This document shows positions 30,372 through 39,212 of a DNA stretch of 64,000 nucleotides, one piece after another. Source of the DNA: Bacteroidia bacterium (lineage in GTDB: Bacteria > Bacteroidota > Bacteroidia > Palsa-965); contig JAKLJE010000012.1 in NCBI GenBank assembly GCA_023151315.1, forward strand, positions 27,584 to 91,583. Direction: 5' to 3'. Position 1 is the first letter of the stretch. The number at the start of each line of letters is the position of its first letter. Below the pieces are notes generated by a model that was not told the DNA's origin, searched no databases, and saw only the letters and a list, made by a program, of their open reading frames with translations. The position numbers and the translations under genes were made by a program.

Positions 30372-31481
30372 CTATTTCTGTTCTGGTGATTTAATCGGAT
30401 AATACGTGTTCAGAAGATTGTAGTACGGACCGAAATAGTGATGTGTGAAAATACTTTTACCGTTATCCGGAAAAAGTTTGTGATAGTTTTCGTCCGGCTG
30501 GAGAATAATAGGAATGCCGCATGGATAATAAGCCATGCTCTTTACGTATTTCTGTTTAGGCATACCCGGAATTCGCTTACGCACCAGTTTTCCTGTTTTG
30601 TGAGCGAGATATTTTCGGAATCTTCGTTCCGCTCTTTTTGCTCCGCGGTTCATTTTTTTAATCACGTGATTTCCGATGAGTTTGGCGGGGAATCCAATTC
30701 GCACGCGTTTATCAAATTCCGAAAAAGGATTTCCGGGGCTAAGATCATTTATGGTTTGTACACTGAATGGAACTTCCGGGACCCAATCAGCTGTGTTCAC
30801 TATTCTGAATGCCCATCCGCCCCGCGAAATAAAATCGAAGTCGTATGAATACTTCAGATTTCCGGGTTTTGGTGCAGCACTTCCGTAAACTTTTAATCTG
30901 ATATCTGCAGGAATCGTTACTCCTCGTTTGTAATGAAGATACGAGTACAGCAGAAACGAAATTGCTGCACCTTGTGAATGACCGACGATTATAAAATCGC
31001 GAATACCGTTTTTGTACTGTTCATTGATTTTATCAGTCACGTTTTTAGCAATGCTCGCGAGTCCGATTGTCCATCCGATATGCACATAAGCCAGTGAATC
31101 CTGCGCAAGTTTATAATCGAATAATATTCCGTTTCCCAAGTTCAGCTTTCCGGTTGCGGGAATCATTCCGGCATAGAAATTCTCCAACCAAGAATCATTA
31201 GAAGCAGTAGTTCCCCGCACGCTGATTACTGCCACTGAATCGTTGCTCAGCCACATGTCCCAGCGGTTGTCAAGTCCGCCAACGGTAGAGCGATGAATCA
31301 TATTATATCCGGCAGGATAAGGAACCCGCATTTTATTCCAAGGCGTGTCAATCTGATGAGCACTGATCTGAAACATTTTTCTGAATTCAGCACCGTCAAA
31401 ACCCGGTTGAATACGACGGGCTTCAGCCGCAGCATCAAACTGCAGCAGAAATAGTAGCGTTAAGACGAGAGCTCTGCCCAT
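30372..31481 (-). CDS. Secreted class-3 lipase-like alpha/beta hydrolase.
   Basis: Signal peptide MGRALVLTLLFLLQFDAAAEA. Nucleophile elbow IVGHSQGAAISFL. Encoded on the opposite strand between the two his sub-operons. Confidence 0.7.
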   Translation of the reverse strand: MGRALVLTLLFLLQFDAAAEARRIQPGFDGAEFRKMFQISAHQIDTPWNKMRVPYPAGYNMIHRSTVGGLDNRWDMWLSNDSVAVISVRGTTASNDSWLENFYAGMIPATGKLNLGNGILFDYKLAQDSLAYVHIGWTIGLASIAKNVTDKINEQYKNGIRDFIIVGHSQGAAISFLLYSYLHYKRGVTIPADIRLKVYGSAAPKPGNLKYSYDFDFISRGGWAFRIVNTADWVPEVPFSVQTINDLSPGNPFSEFDKRVRIGFPAKLIGNHVIKKMNRGAKRAERRFRKYLAHKTGKLVRKRIPGMPKQKYVKSMAYYPCGIPIILQPDENYHKLFPDNGKSIFTHHYFGPYYNLLNTYYPIKSPEQK

Positions 31482-31570
31482 GACGTGAAATTACGCTATT
31501 CCATGTAAGATTATTCTCATTTTGCCTGTGAAAATATTAAGGCTGGTATCATTTACGTGTGATCTACGAT

Positions 31571-31578
31571 TATATTTG
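31571..31578 (+). promoter_or_regulatory. Candidate -7 box TATATTTG upstream of the second his leader.
   Basis: TATATTTGCC occurs 4 nt before leader ATG 31583, identical to the hisG arrangement. Confidence 0.45.
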
Positions 31579-31582
31579 CCTT

Positions 31583-31630
31583 ATGATTCTTAAACACATC
31601 TCAGTACATCATCATTTCTTATCGTTTTAA
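31583..31630 (+). CDS. Putative second his leader peptide MILKHISVHHHFLSF.
   Basis: A 15-codon ORF with CAT CAT CAT at 31607-31615. It is followed by a terminator hairpin before the PabA/TrpG-type gene and hisH. Confidence 0.5.
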   Translation: MILKHISVHHHFLSF

Positions 31631-31664
31631 GGAAGCGATGGTAACTCTGTTGATATAAATCAGA

Positions 31665-31690
31665 ACCCGCTTCCAAAGCGGGTTTTTTAT
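31665..31690 (+). terminator. Attenuator/terminator hairpin upstream of the PabA/TrpG-hisH-hisA-hisF-hisIE genes.
   Basis: ACCCGCTT (31665-72) and AAGCGGGT (31676-83) form a perfect 8-bp stem with loop CCA, followed by TTTTTATTAT. GGAAGCG (31631-37), just after the leader stop, is perfectly complementary to CGCTTCC (31668-74) and can form an antiterminator. Confidence 0.7.
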
Positions 31691-31702
31691 TATCTTGAAA
31701 CT

Positions 31703-32287
31703 ATGCCTGATTTCAGAATCTTGATTATTGACAACTACGATTCGTTCACCTACAATTTGGTGCACGAAATCGGGCGAGTGTGTCCTGAGGCATATATACA
31801 CGTTGTGCAAAATGATGTTGTAGATCCGTCGGATTGTTTCAACTACAATTGCATTGTGCTTTCTCCGGGCCCGGGTATTCCTGAAGAGTCCGGAAAATTG
31901 CTGGATGTGATTCGGGTGGCGGCAGGAAAGATTCCTATTCTCGGAGTGTGCCTTGGTCACCAAGCTTTGAATGTTGCATGCGGAGGTCAATTGAAAAATC
32001 TCAGTAAGGTTTTTCACGGCGTGAGTACGCCGATCGTTGTTACCGACAAAGACTCTGTTTTATTCCAAGGTTTTGGAACACAGTTTAACGCAGGTCGCTA
32101 TCATTCCTGGGTGATCGATGAAGAAACGCTGCCGGAGTCATTTACGATTACAGCGCAGGATGAATCAGGTAATGTGATGGCCATCGAAAACAAAGAGAAA
32201 AAAATGTTTGGAATACAATTTCATCCGGAGTCAATCATGACACCTGAAGGCAAACGTATCATACGTAATTTTTTATCCGTTGTATGA
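31703..32287 (+). CDS. Class-I glutamine amidotransferase of the PabA/TrpG type (aminodeoxychorismate or anthranilate synthase component II).
   Basis: The hallmark IIDNYDSFTYNLV is present, with catalytic GVCLGHQ and a His at the expected position in FHPES. Distinct from the HisH gene that follows. Confidence 0.8.
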   Translation: MPDFRILIIDNYDSFTYNLVHEIGRVCPEAYIHVVQNDVVDPSDCFNYNCIVLSPGPGIPEESGKLLDVIRVAAGKIPILGVCLGHQALNVACGGQLKNLSKVFHGVSTPIVVTDKDSVLFQGFGTQFNAGRYHSWVIDEETLPESFTITAQDESGNVMAIENKEKKMFGIQFHPESIMTPEGKRIIRNFLSVV

Positions 32288-32868
32288 AGATCGTAATTGT
32301 TAAATATAACGCTGGCAATGCAACGTCTGTTCGATTTGCGCTGCAACGTTTGGGAGCAGACGCTGTAGTCTCCAATGAACCGGAGATTATCAAGAGTGCA
32401 GATCGTGTGATTTTTCCCGGAGTTGGCGAAGCGTCTTCTGCAATGCAGTTTTTACGCAAAGCCGGACTTGATAATGTGATAAAGGAACTGCGTCAACCGG
32501 TTCTGGGTATTTGCCTTGGAATGCAGTTGATGTGTTCCCAAAGTGAAGAAGGTAATACCGAAGCGCTTGGAATATTTCCTGTTCAGGTGAAGAAATTTCC
32601 TGAAGCTGAATTCAAAGTTCCGCATATGGGATGGAACACGCTGTCCAATCTTAAAGGACCATTGTTTGCAGGCGTTCCCGATCAGGCATTTATGTATTAC
32701 GTACATAGTTTCTATGCCGAACAATGTGCGTATACTATTGCAAGCACTGAATACATTCTGAATTATTCTGCTGCGTTGCAAAAAGACAATTACTTCGGTG
32801 TGCAATTTCACCCTGAGAAAAGCGGCGCTGAGGGAGAACGTATTATCAAAAACTTTCTGGAAGTATGA
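32284..32868 (+). CDS. hisH: Imidazole glycerol phosphate synthase glutamine amidotransferase subunit HisH.
   Basis: N-terminus MKIVIVKYNAGN. GICLGMQ motif. FHPEKSG motif. ATGA overlap with the upstream gene. Confidence 0.88.
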   Translation: MKIVIVKYNAGNATSVRFALQRLGADAVVSNEPEIIKSADRVIFPGVGEASSAMQFLRKAGLDNVIKELRQPVLGICLGMQLMCSQSEEGNTEALGIFPVQVKKFPEAEFKVPHMGWNTLSNLKGPLFAGVPDQAFMYYVHSFYAEQCAYTIASTEYILNYSAALQKDNYFGVQFHPEKSGAEGERIIKNFLEV

Positions 32869-33596
32869 TTGAGATTATTCCTGCAATAGACATTATTGAC
32901 GGCAAGTGCGTGCGACTTACCGAGGGGGATTACCAACGCATGACCGTTTACAATAGCGATCCGGTTGCGGTTGCGTCTCAGTTTGAACAGGCGGGTGTAC
33001 GCCGACTGCATCTCGTGGATCTGGATGGAGCGAAAGCGGGAACAGTGAAGAATCTTGCGGTACTGGAACGCATTGCTGCAGCTACTAAACTTATAATTGA
33101 TTTTGGTGGCGGAGTAAAAACAGAGACAGAAATGAATTCTGTTTTATCTGCCGGAGCTTCTTTTGTAACGGTTGGTAGTCTGGCTGCTAAATCGCCTGAA
33201 GTATTTGAAATGTGGTTGGCAAATTCCGGAGCGGATAATTTTTTCATCGGTGCGGATGTCAGAGCGGGAAAGATCGCAGTGAGTGGTTGGTTGGAGCAAA
33301 CAGATATCGAAGTGGTTGAGTTTATTCGCGATCTGATGAATAAACGGGTGCATTATTTTTTCTGTACGGATATTTCAAAAGATGGTAAACTGGAAGGGCC
33401 TTCGGAAGAGCTTTACAGAATGATCATCGCTCGCTGTCCGGGAATACGTTTGGTGGCGAGTGGAGGTATCAGTAATTGGGAAGATATTTATTGCATGGAG
33501 AAGCTGGGCTGTGAAGGTGTGATAATTGGTAAAGCATTTTATGAAAATCGTATTTCTATCAAGGAAATCGAAAAGTTTAATCTGAACGCTTTGTGA
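32865..33596 (+). CDS. hisA: ProFAR isomerase HisA.
   Basis: N-terminus [18 protein letters not shown]. (beta/alpha)8 fold. Overlaps the hisH stop. Confidence 0.88.
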   Translation: MIEIIPAIDIIDGKCVRLTEGDYQRMTVYNSDPVAVASQFEQAGVRRLHLVDLDGAKAGTVKNLAVLERIAAATKLIIDFGGGVKTETEMNSVLSAGASFVTVGSLAAKSPEVFEMWLANSGADNFFIGADVRAGKIAVSGWLEQTDIEVVEFIRDLMNKRVHYFFCTDISKDGKLEGPSEELYRMIIARCPGIRLVASGGISNWEDIYCMEKLGCEGVIIGKAFYENRISIKEIEKFNLNAL

Positions 33597-33597
33597 A

Positions 33598-34353
33598 ATG
33601 CTGACGAAAAGAATTATTCCATGCCTTGATGTGAAGAATGGTCGCACCGTTAAAGGTGTCAACTTTGTAAATCTGCGTGACGCAGGTGATGCAGTTGAAC
33701 TGGCTTCGCGTTATGCGGAAGAAGGGGCTGACGAGTTGGTGCTTCTGGATATCTCTGCAACCGATGAAAAACGGAAAACATTAGCAGAACTCGTTAGGAA
33801 TGTAGCAGCAGCGGTGAATATTCCATTCACTGTTGGAGGCGGTATTGTCGGGATAGAAGATGTGCGTTCAATACTTGAAAACGGTGCGGATAAGGTTTCC
33901 GTGAATTCAGCCGCAGTGCGGGATCATCTGTTGATTGATGCGTTGGCGCGCGAGTTCGGAAGTCAATGCGTGGTTGTGGCGGTAGATACGCGTCGCACTG
34001 CTCAAGGGAATCGCGTATTTCTGAATGGAGGAAAGGTTGCAACCGAGCTTGATACTTTGGAATGGATCAAAGAAGCAGAACAACGCGGTGCAGGAGAAAT
34101 TCTTCTGACTTCCATGGATCATGACGGAACGAAGAACGGTTTTGATGTGGAATTTCTGAAAGAGGTTTCCTCATCCGTACGGATACCGGTTATCGCGTCA
34201 GGAGGAGCGGGCACAATGGAACATTTCGCAGAAGCATTTCTTAAATCGGGAGCTGATGCAGCACTGGCAGCGAGTATTTTTCATTTCGGTGAAATCCGCA
34301 TCAAGGACCTGAAGGATTATCTTTACAAGCAAGGAATTCAGATTCGCTTATGA
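33598..34353 (+). CDS. hisF: Imidazole glycerol phosphate synthase cyclase subunit HisF.
   Basis: N-terminus [23 protein letters not shown]. Confidence 0.9.
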   Translation: MLTKRIIPCLDVKNGRTVKGVNFVNLRDAGDAVELASRYAEEGADELVLLDISATDEKRKTLAELVRNVAAAVNIPFTVGGGIVGIEDVRSILENGADKVSVNSAAVRDHLLIDALAREFGSQCVVVAVDTRRTAQGNRVFLNGGKVATELDTLEWIKEAEQRGAGEILLTSMDHDGTKNGFDVEFLKEVSSSVRIPVIASGGAGTMEHFAEAFLKSGADAALAASIFHFGEIRIKDLKDYLYKQGIQIRL

Positions 34354-35003
34354 GAACATTTACTATTGCAGCACTTCTGATTGTATTGATATCAGGATGT
34401 TCGCATTCCAGATTTGTGAAGCCGCTCAATCCGGGGCAACATGCAGTTACTGCTTCGTTCGGCGGACCATTGATAAAGTTCAGCGGTGCGGTAATTCCGA
34501 TTCCGCTTACTTCGATAGGTTACGGGTACGGAGTGGATACAAATCTTACGTTGTTCGGGAATCTGCACACTACTTCATTGTTGTACGGTACAGGACAAGT
34601 TGATGCCGGTGTGTGTTGGAATGTGTTTACCGTAAATCGTTTCGGTTTAAATGCTGCTGTGTCCGCGAATATGACCATGGATAAGTGGGAGAAGAATTTC
34701 AGAGCGTGGCCGGTAGTTGATTTGAATCTCACTTTCGACAGAAAGCAAGGCGGCTATTGGTATCTGGGATGCAATAACTGGATTGAGTTTACAAAGCAGC
34801 GCTCTCATGGCGTGAATCAGGAGCGACAATTGATATTCTCTCCGCAAATCGGGCATATGTTCCTGAAGGAAAAGTGGCGTTTCCAGATTGAAGCAAAATA
34901 CATTTTACCATACGTGAAGAACCAACCCAATGCAGTGGATTACATCGGGTTGAATCACTACGGAGCAACAGGAGTTTATTTCGGACTTTACAGAACATTC
35001 TGA
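34350..35003 (+). CDS. Hypothetical lipoprotein translationally coupled to hisF.
   Basis: Lipobox [10 protein letters not shown]. The ATGA overlap with the hisF stop, the beta-rich sequence and the C-terminal Phe suggest an outer-membrane protein. Confidence 0.5.
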   Translation: MRTFTIAALLIVLISGCSHSRFVKPLNPGQHAVTASFGGPLIKFSGAVIPIPLTSIGYGYGVDTNLTLFGNLHTTSLLYGTGQVDAGVCWNVFTVNRFGLNAAVSANMTMDKWEKNFRAWPVVDLNLTFDRKQGGYWYLGCNNWIEFTKQRSHGVNQERQLIFSPQIGHMFLKEKWRFQIEAKYILPYVKNQPNAVDYIGLNHYGATGVYFGLYRTF

Positions 35004-35902
35004 TGAGAAATCTGATCATAGCATTCTTAAGCGCAGCGTTGATATTTACTGCCTGTCAGCGCCTTGATACCAATCTGTACAACAGAACTGATAAATTGAC
35101 GCAGTATGAACTGGATGATTACACAGGCGAACAGGATTTCAAACTGGATGCGTCTTACGATATTCCGGATTCGCTTGTTCATGTTTTCTCATTGCAGAGT
35201 CAGGCTGACGGAGAAGGCAGTTCGACCACGATTTATGCAATTTACATTGGTGAAATTTCCAACATAGCAACAGATACAGTGATTCTGTATTGTCATGGCA
35301 ACAAGTGGCATATGGATTTTTACTGGCAACGTGCGAAGTTGCTGGCTCATTGCGGAGGAAAGAATCGCTTTGGTGTGTTGATGATTGATTACCGCGGATA
35401 TGGAATGTCTGATGGAGATCCTACCGAAGAAGGTTTGTATGCCGATGTTGATGCTGCAATGAAATGGTTGCAACAAAACGGGATGAACAATGATCGTTTA
35501 GCGATCTATGGTTTCAGTATGGGAAGTGCCCCTGCAACTGAACTTTGTTCAAAGCCAAGAACATTAACTCCGGGCTGGTTGCTGCTCGAAGCACCGTTTG
35601 CGTCAGCTGCTGTTATGGTGGAAGACGGTACACAACTGGCAATGCCTTCTTCGTATTTCACCAATCTCGAGATTGACTGTGCTGAAGAAATTAAACGTTG
35701 CAATCAGCCATTGTTCTGGACGCACGGGCTAGCGGATATGTTTCTCGGATACAACACGCACGGTCAGGTTGTATATGATAACCATCGCGGTGTGTACAAA
35801 GAATCTCATCCGGTTGACAATGCCGATCACGGAGAAGTGCCTGCGAAAACAGGATTCACAACATATTGCAACAACATCAGCAACTTCATAACACAACATT
35901 AA
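35003..35902 (+). CDS. Alpha/beta hydrolase lipoprotein.
   Basis: Lipobox FTAC. Nucleophile elbow GFSMGS. TGATG overlap upstream and TAATG overlap with hisIE downstream. Confidence 0.6.
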   Translation: MRNLIIAFLSAALIFTACQRLDTNLYNRTDKLTQYELDDYTGEQDFKLDASYDIPDSLVHVFSLQSQADGEGSSTTIYAIYIGEISNIATDTVILYCHGNKWHMDFYWQRAKLLAHCGGKNRFGVLMIDYRGYGMSDGDPTEEGLYADVDAAMKWLQQNGMNNDRLAIYGFSMGSAPATELCSKPRTLTPGWLLLEAPFASAAVMVEDGTQLAMPSSYFTNLEIDCAEEIKRCNQPLFWTHGLADMFLGYNTHGQVVYDNHRGVYKESHPVDNADHGEVPAKTGFTTYCNNISNFITQH

Positions 35903-36495
35903 TGAAACCGGATTATTCCAAATATTCAGACGGACTTGTTCCCGCTGTAATTCAGGACGCAGCTACAGGAGTTGTGTTAATGCTTGGCTTTATGAATGAA
36001 GATGCATTGCAAGCAACTCATTCTTCGGGGAACGTTACGTTCTGGTCGCGCAGTAAAAATCGCTTGTGGACAAAAGGAGAAGAGAGCGGTAATTTCCTCA
36101 GAGTTGTCGATGTTCGTATTGATTGCGATAATGATACGTTGCTCGTTAAAGCAAATCCTGTTGGGCCGGTGTGTCATACGGGTGCTGATACATGCTGGAA
36201 TGAATTGAACACGGGAGATTTTCTCCGTCAGATGGAAAGAGTAATTCAATCGCGAAAAGGCGCTGATCCTTCCACTTCATATACAGCACAATTGTATTTC
36301 AAAGGAATCAACAAGATTGCTCAAAAAGTAGGAGAGGAGGCGGTTGAATTGGTGATTGAAGCGAAGGACGATGACAAAGAAAAGTTTTTGGGAGAAGCAG
36401 CAGATCTGCTGTTTCATTACACTGTTTTACTTTCTGCTAAAGGATTTGCAATTAAAGATGTGGAAGAAGTGCTGAAAGCACGTCACAAGAAATAA
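35902..36495 (+). CDS. hisI: Bifunctional phosphoribosyl-AMP cyclohydrolase / phosphoribosyl-ATP pyrophosphatase HisIE.
   Basis: HisI motif CHTGADTCW followed by the HisE helical domain. Start ATG overlaps the upstream TAA. Confidence 0.85.
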   Translation: MKPDYSKYSDGLVPAVIQDAATGVVLMLGFMNEDALQATHSSGNVTFWSRSKNRLWTKGEESGNFLRVVDVRIDCDNDTLLVKANPVGPVCHTGADTCWNELNTGDFLRQMERVIQSRKGADPSTSYTAQLYFKGINKIAQKVGEEAVELVIEAKDDDKEKFLGEAADLLFHYTVLLSAKGFAIKDVEEVLKARHKK

Positions 36496-36497
36496 CC

Positions 36498-37241
36498 CTA
36501 CATTTTTTTCTCTTCCACCATCTGTCCGCGAACGTACTCCTGTACTGCGATCAGTTTACCGGTTTCGTCGTACACATTCCACTTGCCTTCTTTCAGAAAG
36601 TTATCCAGTTCTTCATAATACTGCATCGTGCCTTCGGTTTGCATTTTGCCGTTTTCGAAATATTCCTTGTGTGAATACCTTTTCTTTTTCTTGTCGAGCA
36701 ACTGCATGTCGGATTGCAGATTTCCGTTTTCGTAATAAAACTGACGGAACTTCAGATAGTCACATTTATCAGCAAACTCTTCCATGAATTCCGGTTTACC
36801 ATTGGAATAATATTCCATGGTAATCATTTCCGCACCTTGATAATATGTGATGTTTGATCGAATCTGTCCGTTGTCGTAGTACAGAATCATTTGATAACGG
36901 AAATAGTCAAGCGACTTGAACTCGCGCTCCATCTGTCCGTTCTCATAATAGTTTTTGTAAGTGGTGAGCATTCCATCCTGATAATATCCGGAATGCATCA
37001 GCGTGCCGTTTTTGTAGTAATCTTCCCACCAACCTTGAGACGCGTATCCTTTTGGGTTATAGCGAACGGAATCACCGCCCATTAAACGGTTCAGCTTTTC
37101 ATAAATATCTATTCCCGAAGCGGAATCATAAATAGCTGCGAATTCATAATACTTCCGCGTGTCTTTCTGTTTACCGAACTGGGCAAAAGAAGGAACCGAA
37201 ATGAACAGTGCCAGAAATAAAATTGAAATCCGCAGAATCAT
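36498..37241 (-). CDS. MORN-repeat-variant (YwqK-like) secreted protein.
   Basis: Signal peptide followed by repeated YYENG/YYDNG/YYSNG units. Confidence 0.65.
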   Translation of the reverse strand: MILRISILFLALFISVPSFAQFGKQKDTRKYYEFAAIYDSASGIDIYEKLNRLMGGDSVRYNPKGYASQGWWEDYYKNGTLMHSGYYQDGMLTTYKNYYENGQMEREFKSLDYFRYQMILYYDNGQIRSNITYYQGAEMITMEYYSNGKPEFMEEFADKCDYLKFRQFYYENGNLQSDMQLLDKKKKRYSHKEYFENGKMQTEGTMQYYEELDNFLKEGKWNVYDETGKLIAVQEYVRGQMVEEKKM

Positions 37242-37277
37242 GGTGTTCCGCGAAGATACAAAATCGCGCTTACAGGA

Positions 37278-38225
37278 TTAGTGTCCTTTGGCTGCTAAAT
37301 AACGTTCAGCATCCAAAGCACCCATACATCCGCTTCCTGCAGCAGTTACAGCCTGACGGTAAACTTTGTCCTGAGCATCACCAACTGCGAATACACCTTC
37401 GATATTGGTTTTGCTTGTGCCCGGAATAGTTTTGATATAACCGGATTCATCCATATCCAGCCATCCTTTGAAGATGTCCGTATTCGGTTTGTGTCCGATC
37501 GCCACGAAGAAACCGTAAATATCTATTGTACGATCCTGACCTGTCTTGGAATTGTGAATGATTGCCCCGGTTACACCGGTATCATTTCCGAGAACTTCTT
37601 TCGTCTCAGAATCGAAAAGCACTTCAATGTTCGGTGTATTGAGTACACGATGTTGCATTGCTTTAGAGGCACGCATCTCGCCTTTGCGAACAATCATGTA
37701 AACCTTATTGCAAAGTTTAGCCAGATAAGTAGCTTCTTCAGCCGCAGTATCTCCTGCACCAACAATAGCTACATCTTTACCGCGATAGAAAAATCCGTCA
37801 CAAACTGCGCACGCAGAAACGCCACCGACTGAACGATATTTTTGTTCTGATTCAAGTCCTAGCCACTTCGCAGAAGCACCTGTAGCAACAATTACCGTAT
37901 CAGCATGAATTTCGATTTTGTCGTCAATCCACACTTTGTGAACCGGTCCGGAAAAATCCACTTTAGTTGCCCATCCGAAGCGAATGTCAGTCTTGAAACG
38001 CTCCGCCTGCGCTTTGAAAAGTTCCATCATCTCAGGACCCTGTACTCCGTGAGGAAATCCCGGATAGTTTTCCACTTCAGTTGTTGTGGTCAACTGGCCG
38101 CCTGGCTCAGGACCCATGTACATCATTGGTTTCAGATCTGCACGAGCGGCATAAATTGCAGCAGTATATCCGGCAGGACCTGATCCTATGATCAGGCAGC
38201 TAACTTTTTCAGGTGATTGGCTCAT
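37278..38225 (-). CDS. trxB: Thioredoxin-disulfide reductase.
   Basis: FAD motif IIGSGPAGYTAA. Redox CAVCDG. NAD(P) motif GAGDTA. Start at ATG (MSQSPEK). Confidence 0.9.
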   Translation of the reverse strand: MSQSPEKVSCLIIGSGPAGYTAAIYAARADLKPMMYMGPEPGGQLTTTTEVENYPGFPHGVQGPEMMELFKAQAERFKTDIRFGWATKVDFSGPVHKVWIDDKIEIHADTVIVATGASAKWLGLESEQKYRSVGGVSACAVCDGFFYRGKDVAIVGAGDTAAEEATYLAKLCNKVYMIVRKGEMRASKAMQHRVLNTPNIEVLFDSETKEVLGNDTGVTGAIIHNSKTGQDRTIDIYGFFVAIGHKPNTDIFKGWLDMDESGYIKTIPGTSKTNIEGVFAVGDAQDKVYRQAVTAAGSGCMGALDAERYLAAKGH

Positions 38226-38346
38226 AGTGCGTGTTGTATTTTTTGTGTTGAGTGCGGACAAAAATAGCAACTATCCTGAACCTTGCACATTCGATTCGGC
38301 TGATACCCCGATTGTTTTTGTCTATCCGGGCTGATTCATGTCATTT

Positions 38347-39207
38347 CTACTGACAAATCAGCGTATCATAGGTTGGCGCGTAACCGCAGAAAATACCAAG
38401 ACCGCCGGTTACATTATGCTCGATAACGCCTGGTGCTGCAAACGGATTGCCGTTGTTGCTGACCTCAATTTCATAAGTACGGAAAAAGTCAGCTTCTGCC
38501 TGGCCAATCGCACAGAACTTCACAACAACAACGTCGCCTGTGATGAAGTATCCTCTGCGGAAGTCGTTGTCTTCAGGCAAAGTTGAACCGGGTGCTGCCG
38601 GACGGTTGTAAGCAAAATCGAAACTCTTGCCTTCAATGAAATTATCGTCGAACGTAGAGCCGAACGGAGCAAGAAATGCATCATCTTCTCCAATGCGTTT
38701 TGTGAACCAACGATAACCGTTACCCATACCAACAGGTTCCGTCATATGTGCCCATACGAATCCTAAACTGTCGCCAGGGATTTCCGGTTTGAACCATACA
38801 CTGTCCAGCGGAACAGGTTGAGGAATTGTTGTGGTTGCAGTTGCGCTGTGATCAGTGGTGCTGACATTCAATGTGTAGGTTCTTCCTGCTTGACCAATAA
38901 TATTGCTGCCACGATACACAAACGGAATAGGTCGTGAGAAGTCCACTGTAAGGTTAAGTGTGTCCGTTGTGATTCCGTCAGTAACTGTTACTGTTGCGTT
39001 CGTTATAACGTAGTTCGCAATGGAAGCAGAATCGATAGGATCGAAGTAACCCGCACTCCAGGTCAATGTTACTTCTGCAGGCTCACCTGTTGTAATACCA
39101 CCGTCAACAACGATGAGTTGTTCCGGTTGCGGAAGATCAACGGAAATTTCCTTTTCACATGAAAAGAGTGCAAAGCTCAGAACGAAAAATGCGATTGTTT
39201 TTTTCAT
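38347..39207 (-). CDS. DUF4249-family lipoprotein (TonB-receptor-associated).
   Basis: Lipobox MKKTIAFFVLSFALFSC. Adjacent to a TonB-dependent receptor as is typical for this family. Confidence 0.55.
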   Translation of the reverse strand: MKKTIAFFVLSFALFSCEKEISVDLPQPEQLIVVDGGITTGEPAEVTLTWSAGYFDPIDSASIANYVITNATVTVTDGITTDTLNLTVDFSRPIPFVYRGSNIIGQAGRTYTLNVSTTDHSATATTTIPQPVPLDSVWFKPEIPGDSLGFVWAHMTEPVGMGNGYRWFTKRIGEDDAFLAPFGSTFDDNFIEGKSFDFAYNRPAAPGSTLPEDNDFRRGYFITGDVVVVKFCAIGQAEADFFRTYEIEVSNNGNPFAAPGVIEHNVTGGLGIFCGYAPTYDTLICQ

Positions 39208-39212
39208 GATTC

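Noticed and set aside
37242-37277. Short inverted repeat CGCGA-N10-TCGCG between the MORN gene and trxB as a possible terminator.
   Set aside because: It has only a 5-bp stem and no T-run. It is too weak to call.
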